Of a stretch of 64,000 nucleotides of DNA, positions 60,198-64,000 are shown one piece after another (the first letter of the stretch is position 1; each line of letters opens with the position of its first letter). Under the pieces are notes generated by a model. The model saw only the letters and a list, made by a program, of their open reading frames with translations. It was not told where the DNA came from and searched no databases. Made by a program: the position numbers and the translations under genes. Source of the DNA: Entomortierella parvispora E1425 (Eukaryota > Fungi > Mortierellomycota); NCBI GenBank assembly GCA_020891255.1, contig BQFW01000006.1:1302001-1366000 (forward strand), read 5' to 3'.

Positions 60198-60250
60198 GTC
60201 AGTCAGTCCGTCAGTCAGTCCGTCAGTCAGTCCGTCCGTCCGTCAGTCAG
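60198..60250. repeat. (GTCA/GTCC)n compound tetranucleotide repeat upstream of ACS
   Basis: gtcagtcagtccgtcagtcagtccgtcagtcagtccgtccgtccgtcagtcag. Confidence 0.85.
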
Positions 60251-60792
60251 ACAGCGAAAGGGCGATGGAGGATGGTGGGGTTGCAAAGCAACACAACCAA
60301 ACTCTGTCCCGTTGGATGTGGAGCAGAGCAGTGGACAAAGACAGACAGAACAGAGCGGCCCTTCTCGACTCACTTTGTGTCCAACTCTCTTCAATAGACT
60401 CCATCTCATTCAAATCCGCCGTCCCTTTTCTACTTCTTATCCCTTTTCTATCCCTTTTCACCTCTCTTCTCTTCTTTTCTCTTTTCCTCTTCAGAAAACC
60501 CTCCTCCTCTCCTCTCCTCTCCTCTCCTCCTCACTTCCCGCCCTACTCCTCTCTCTCCTCCCCACTCTCATTCCCTCCCCGCCTCATTCTCCCTTCTCAT
60601 TCCTCAACCTCTCCCCATTCGGTAAGTTCGCTCTCCATGCCTCTCCTCTTCACCAACAAACATTTTATGTCCCACTTTCGCGCCTTGGGCCTGCAGTTCC
60701 TTTCCGGGGATGAAGAAAATGTAAAATCCACACGCTAACCAATATTGATGCGTTTGTTTCTTCTACAGATATCCTTCATTATATACCTCAAG

Positions 60793-63421
60793 ATGTCCGC
60801 CGAAGAAGAAACCCTCTATCCCGTCCCTGAGAGACTTCTCGATCCCTCCCAATGCCCTGAGCCTTATGTCAAGTCCATGGAGCAGTACAAGGAGATGCAC
60901 CGCCAGAGTATCGAGAACCCTAACGAGTTCTTTGGCAAGGTACATATTTATGATTATGCAATCGTTGCTTCCCTTTGCTCCAGTCCAAGAGTGAGCCGGG
61001 ATCCCGGCGCTCTCATTTTTTGAAATCTGCAGTCCGTTGAATCCTCACGGCGGATCAAAGGGGGAGAAAGCGCGCAGGACTTCCTTCCGCATGCCGAGAT
61101 GATTGAATGCAGGGAGTGCCTGGATGAATCACTTGGAGAGTACACGTCAGATCAGGCGACAGACCGAGCAGGGTCCGAGAAGGGCCTCATTGAAATGTGC
61201 AAAGTGACATCGGCCGCCGGGGGACGGTTCGACCTCAATTTTTTGGACCCTCCCCCCCCCCCCGTGATATTTTTTCTGGGGGGAAAAAATCCTCAGTCCG
61301 CACCTTATCAAAATTGTGTGCGATCCTCTCATTGGGTTTCTGGTACCTGAGCTGACCAGGGGTGTCTGAGGGCCTGGTCTGATTCTCTCGCTCCACTCAT
61401 ATTCAAGATCTCACTCACTCACCCAATGTTCATGATTTTAATCTCAACGCTAGATGGCCACTGAGCTCCTCTCCTGGTCCAAGCCCTTCCACACTGTCCA
61501 GTATGGTGGTCTCGAGCATGGTGACACTGCCTGGTTCCTCGACGGTCAATTGAACGCCTCCTACAACTGTGTGGATCGCCATGCTTTGGCTGACCCAGAG
61601 AAGGTATGCCGCTTCATCCCTTCATTGTTGAAGTGATTTTTTTTTTTTCAGGGATGGGAAAAAAACCGCAAACCAAATGTACCGAAAGTGGTACTGAGCG
61701 GGAGAACAAAGCACTAACAATTCGACTGCACCCTTGGCCAATGCCAGATCGCCATCATTTACGAGGCAGATGAGCCCAACCAGTCCGAAAACATCACGTA
61801 CGGCGAGTTGCTCCGCAAGGTCAGTCAATTGGCCGGCGCCCTCCGTGCCCGCGGCATCAAACGTGGCGACACTGTTGCCATCTACATGCCCATGATCCCC
61901 GAGGCCGTTATTGCTTTCTTGGCCTGCGCCCGTATTGGTGCCCTTCACTCTGTCGTCTTTGCTGGATTCTCGGCTGAGGCTCTCCGCGATCGTGTCCAGG
62001 ATGCTCAGTGCAGATTGGTTCTCACTTCGGATCAGGGCAAGCGCGGCGGAAAGTCGATCGAGACCAAGAAGATTGTCGATGAGGCCCTCAAGAGCTGCCC
62101 CACGGTCGAGACCGTTATTGTCTGCCAGCGCACCGGGGCCGATGTGCCCATGAAGGAGGGTCGCGACTTCTGGTGGAACGAGGAGTGCTGCAAGCGCACC
62201 AACTACCTTACTCCCGAGCCCATGAACTCTGAAGATCCCCTTTTCCTCCTCTATACCTCCGGTTCGACCGGCACCCCCAAAGGAGTGATGCACACCACTG
62301 CTGGATACCTCTTGGGCGCTGCCGCCACCGTCAAGTACGTCTTTGATTACCATCCCGGCGATATCTTCGCCTGCATGGCTGACGTTGGCTGGATCACTGG
62401 ACACACCTACATTGTCTATGGACCTTTGGCTTTGGGTGCCACCACGGTCTTGTTCGAGTCTATCCCCACATACCCCACCCCTGCTCGTTACTGGGAGTTG
62501 ATTGCCAAGCACAAGATTACTCAGTTCTACACCGCCCCTACTGCCATCCGTGCTCTTCGTCGCTTGGGTGACGAGTGGGTCGAGGGTCATGACTTGTCCA
62601 GCCTCCGTGTCCTCGGAACTGTAGGAGAGCCTATTAACCCCGAAGCTTGGCACTGGTACAACGACAAGGTTGGTAAGGGTCGCTGCGCCATTGTCGACAC
62701 CTACTGGCAGACCGAGACCGGATCGCACATTGTGACTCCCTTGCCCGGTGCCATTGCCACCAAGGCTGGCTCTGCCACTGTTCCCTTCTTCGGCATTGAC
62801 TTGGCTATTTTGGACCCCGTCACTGGCAAGGAGTTGGTTGGCAATGATGTCACTGGTGTTCTCGCTGTCAAGAAGGCCTGGCCCTCAATTGCCCGCACTG
62901 TCTACAACAACCACCAGCGCTACTTTGAGACTTACTTGAAGCCTTACCCTGGATATTACTTCACTGGCGATGGTGCTACCCGCGACAAGGATGGATACAT
63001 CTGGGTCCGTGGTCGTGTTGATGATGTTATCAACGTTTCTGGACATCGTCTCTCAACCGCCGAGATTGAGTCTGCATTGATCATGCACCACTCTGTCGCC
63101 GAGACTGCCGTCATTGGCGCTGCGGACGATGTGACTGGTCAGTGTATTCACGCCTTTGTGTGCTTGAAGCCCGGTATCTCGAGCCACTCGAACGATCTTA
63201 GCAAGGAGTTGATTCTTCAGGTCCGCAAGGTCATTGGACCCTTTGCCGCTCCCAAGAAGATCTACTTGGTTGAGGATCTCCCCAAGACTCGCTCTGGAAA
63301 GTTGATGCGCCGCATCTTGCGCAAGATTGTTGCCGGCGAGTCTGACTCTCTCGGTGATATCTCTACCCTCGCTGACCCAAGCGTTGTCGAGGTCTTGATC
63401 GCCAAGGTTGCCAATTCGTAA
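60793..63421 (+). CDS. ACS1: Acetyl-CoA synthetase (AMP-forming), ~656 aa; join(60793..60939,61454..61603,61748..63421)
   Basis: [54 protein letters not shown] and LPKTRSGK (acetylation-site Lys). Introns are phase 0. A probable 5' UTR intron spans ~60622-60768. Confidence 0.97.
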
Positions 63422-63515
63422 AGGAAATCATTAAATCAGCAGGGTCAAGCATTGAGGACCCTCTTGCTTTTGTACTTTATATATTTCATTCCAATAAAAA
63501 ATACACAGAAAAAAA

Positions 63516-64000
63516 CTATTTGACAATGATGTCCGAGTAAGCGGTCGCCATATGGTCGCGCAATGCAGTTTCTTCTGTTGAAACCTTGAGAGTGTCGATA
63601 GAGTCGCGGTGCTCAAGGATTATCCTCCGGCCCTCTTTGCAGAGCTCAAAATCTCGAGCCTCCTTACTCCTTTGAAAGTCCACCCAAAGAAACCGGTCCA
63701 CGGTATCGTCGCTTCTGACGCGATCGGAGGTCTGAAGGATTTTGTAGCCGGCGTCCACCAAGTCCTTGATGGTGAGCACACAATCGAGTTCAAAGATGCC
63801 ATTCTTGTCAGGAAGCATGTAGCTGCTGTACTGTCTGCTCACAAACGGGGCCCCTTGGCTTTCGTAATGGGCTACCATCTTGAAGAAGAAAGGGATCTTG
63901 TCGTACATGGATCGTTTGCGCATCAGATGTGACAGTTTAGTGGAATGCTTCTTGCCGACAATCATGTCGTGATAAGCGGACCCGTGTGATCGCCAAGATG
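63516..64000 (-). CDS. 3' portion of an unidentified protein-coding gene running off the window edge
   Basis: The frame is open from the window end to the stop at 63516, convergent with ACS, and has globular-protein-like composition. No family was recognised. Confidence 0.55.
   Translation of the reverse strand, partial: SWRSHGSAYHDMIVGKKHSTKLSHLMRKRSMYDKIPFFFKMVAHYESQGAPFVSRQYSSYMLPDKNGIFELDCVLTIKDLVDAGYKILQTSDRVRSDDTVDRFLWVDFQRSKEARDFELCKEGRRIILEHRDSIDTLKVSTEETALRDHMATAYSDIIVK

Overview
Intron-containing fungal genomic DNA. Introns are short GT-AG, and poly(A/T) and (CT)n tracts are abundant. Gene content suggests an early-diverging fungus, probably Mortierellaceae (inference). Spliced models built by hand from the ORF track, left to right: a small secreted cysteine protein; a Harbinger/PIF transposase-derived gene lacking the catalytic Glu; a secreted Kre9-like/glycine-zipper membrane protein; C2H2 TF1 (-); 7TM protein A (-); PHYHD1-like dioxygenase; 7TM protein B (+) with a ~1,300-aa disordered tail; a tandem array of five intact small acidic peptide ORFs interleaved with decayed copies of the 7TM-B 3' end; a TKL pseudokinase-ankyrin protein; C2H2 TF2 (+); an acidic hypothetical protein; DBP3; a DNAJB6-like J protein; an HSPA12-type Hsp70 with a Q/Y/G-rich N-terminus; acetyl-CoA synthetase; and a partial gene at the right edge. 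Two structures stand out. The first is the 28.2-33.6 kb peptide array, whose leader-LP / 11-mer-Pro / IxLG layout resembles a RiPP precursor. The second is the mirror-image arrangement TF1(-) 7TM-A(-) | 7TM-B(+) ... TF2(+), where each paralog pair shares an intron position, suggesting an ancient inverted duplication of a receptor-TF module. No rRNA, tRNA or CRISPR feature was recognised. No database searches were run.
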